A DNA stretch of 64,000 nt from an uncultured delta proteobacterium (lineage in GTDB: Bacteria; Desulfobacterota; Desulfomonilia; UBA1062), in the NCBI GenBank assembly GCA_963798485.1, contig CAWCTR010000008.1, forward strand, positions 1 through 64,000. Reading direction: 5' to 3'. Of the stretch, positions 62,250-64,000 are shown one piece after another. Under the pieces are notes generated by a model that searched no databases, was not told the origin of the DNA, and saw nothing but the letters and a program-made list of their open reading frames with translations. The translations under genes were made by a program, and so were the position numbers. Positions within the stretch are counted from its first letter, which is position 1, and each line of letters begins with the position of its first letter.

Positions 62250-63482
62250 ATGGCAAGTTTGATCAAAAATTCTTTTATCGCCTTCCGTCAGATATTCATC
62301 GGCAACCGGGCTTACTACCTCTGGGTCGGCTTCCTGACGTTTTTTATTCTCCTCGGACTGGGCGCGTATATTGATCAGTACCACCGGGGACTCATAGTAA
62401 CCGCCATGAGGGATCAGGTTTCGTGGGGGCTGTACCTCTCGAATTTCACCTTTCTTGTCGGTGTGGCTGCCGCCGCAGTGTTGCTCGTGGTTCCGGCTTA
62501 CGTGTATAACTTCAAGCCGATCAAGGAAATCGTGCTGTTCGGCGAGCTGCTCGCCATCACGGCCATAACCATGTGTATCCTCTTCATAATGATCGACATG
62601 GGGCAGCCTCTGCGGGTATGGCATATTTTGCCGTTCATCGGCGCCATGAATTTCCCTTCGTCACTGCTCACCTGGGACGTGATCGTCTTAAGCGGATATC
62701 TCGCCATCAATGTAATCATTGCATTTTACGTTCTCTCCCGGCTTTCGATCGGGAAGGAGTACAGTATGGCCGTGATTTGGCCGCTGATCATTCTGTCCAT
62801 TCCATGGGCGGTGAGCATCCACACGGTGACGGCGTTCCTCTATAACGGACTCTCGGCCAGGCCCTTCTGGAACGCCTCGATCCTGGCCCCGAGGTTTCTT
62901 GCTTCGGCGTTCTGTTCCGGACCCGCCATCATGCTGGTCCTGTTCCAGATCATCAGAAAACGTTCTGAGGTAGAGATCGATAACAAGGCGATCTTCAAAA
63001 TCGCCGAATTGATCGCCTATGCCATGGCGATCAATTTGTTCCTTCTGGGCGCAGAGGCATTCAAGGAATTTTATTCGGGCGCCGTTGACAGCTATTCCAT
63101 AGAGTATCTGTACTTCGGCCTAAAGGGGAAAGCGAGCCTGGTGCCCTGGATGTGGGCCGCATCCCTGTTCAATATCACGGCGTTCTTTCTCTTTCTCTTT
63201 CCGAGGACACGTGAGAATTTCACGACGCTAAACATCGGATGTGTGCTGATCATTATGGGCGTGTATATAGAGAAGGGGATTGGGCTTATTGTACCCGGCT
63301 TTGTTCCGGATACACTCGGGGAGATTTATGAATACTCTCCGAGCTCAACGGAGATTGTCATTACCATGGGCGTATGGGCTTTCGGTGCGCTTATCTACAC
63401 GATCCTGCTGAAAATTGCAGTGCCGATCTATACGGGAAAACTTCGGTTCGAGATAAAAGAACGGAACGTTATCACGCGGTAA
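62250..63482 (+). CDS. NrfD/PsrC-family membrane anchor
   Basis: About 10 TM helices; VSWGLYLSNF, DMGQP.R, SIHTVT, PRFLASA. Confidence 0.92.
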   Translation: MASLIKNSFIAFRQIFIGNRAYYLWVGFLTFFILLGLGAYIDQYHRGLIVTAMRDQVSWGLYLSNFTFLVGVAAAAVLLVVPAYVYNFKPIKEIVLFGELLAITAITMCILFIMIDMGQPLRVWHILPFIGAMNFPSSLLTWDVIVLSGYLAINVIIAFYVLSRLSIGKEYSMAVIWPLIILSIPWAVSIHTVTAFLYNGLSARPFWNASILAPRFLASAFCSGPAIMLVLFQIIRKRSEVEIDNKAIFKIAELIAYAMAINLFLLGAEAFKEFYSGAVDSYSIEYLYFGLKGKASLVPWMWAASLFNITAFFLFLFPRTRENFTTLNIGCVLIIMGVYIEKGIGLIVPGFVPDTLGEIYEYSPSSTEIVITMGVWAFGALIYTILLKIAVPIYTGKLRFEIKERNVITR

Positions 63483-63574
63483 TGCAGCATTCAGTGAGTT
63501 GCGTCCGGGCTCTCGGCTAGGAAGCAGGTGTTTACGAGCGGTCGACGTGATCACCTCATGGGCGCCATCTACGC

Positions 63575-63664
63575 TCCGGTGGGTCTGTACATCTACTGAT
63601 AACAGACTTAGCACACAGAAAAAACAGGAACAATAAATAGCTTGTTTAATAACATACTATTCAT
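63575..63664 (-). pseudogene. Remnant of a second cyc2 5' end
   Basis: AGGAGG then MNSMLLNKLFIVPVF[fs]CVLSLLSVDV versus cyc2 MKRMIFKNLIIVPVFFCVFLFLLSLNA. Confidence 0.6.
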
Positions 63665-63792
63665 CTTTCTCTTCCTCCTGTAATAATTGTGCTGTGTGTC
63701 CATCACAGGTGAAGGTTACTCTATAAAGACCTCCATATATCGCCATGAGGGACGTATGTCCGATGGCTACTTTATTCGATAAATATCTCTCA

Positions 63793-64000
63793 CTATTTTT
63801 TGAATGAATTTGCCATATATTCGGTTATGGCTTTGATCTCATCAGGTTTTAAGGCAATAGGCTGCATGATGCCAGATCCTTTTGTGATGGCTTTGGCAAT
63901 CTCAGTGTCGGTGTTTTTCTTCCAGAAGTTTGATTTTGTAAAATTGGTCGGCTTTGGTTTGAGCGCAGGTGCTGCCTGACCTTTCCCATCACCGTTTACG
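63793..64000 (-). CDS. Class I cytochrome c, C-terminal part (start beyond the window)
   Basis: VNGDGKG..LKPKPTNF..ITKGSGIMQP..DEIKAITEYM; CxxCH expected just outside the window. Confidence 0.75.
   Translation of the reverse strand, partial: VNGDGKGQAAPALKPKPTNFTKSNFWKKNTDTEIAKAITKGSGIMQPIALKPDEIKAITEYMANSFKK

Noticed and set aside
1-64000. CRISPR array or rRNA genes
   Set aside because: No regularly spaced repeats or rRNA-like sequence seen

Overview
Chromosomal window from an anaerobic, selenocysteine-using bacterium; gene content suggests Desulfobacterota/Syntrophales-like (inference). 1-5464 is one end of an integrative mobilizable element sitting at the 3' end of an intact tRNA-Sec (selC). 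It carries a MOBQ TraA relaxase, oriT, a MobS-like gene, ardC, an excisionase and a tyrosine integrase; the three transfer-related genes are frameshifted. 5.6-40 kb is mostly housekeeping: surE-rnc-radical SAM-two His kinases-era-der, pyrF-gmk-yicC-hldA-ftsY, miaB, fumarase subunits, mobA, leuA, plus a MerR regulator with a visible shared operator. 40-48.5 kb holds a KamA aminomutase + two ATP-grasp ligases + GNAT cluster beside an ABC exporter. The most striking locus is 58.9-64 kb: a Cyc2-type cytochrome-porin fusion followed by a tetraheme cytochrome, a Tat-exported 4Fe-4S protein and an NrfD anchor with no catalytic subunit. This block is flanked by two inverted copies of a 'cytochrome c - cyc2' unit that appear to have decayed reciprocally. 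It is a candidate outer-membrane-to-quinone electron conduit. All calls come from motif reading only; no database searches were run.
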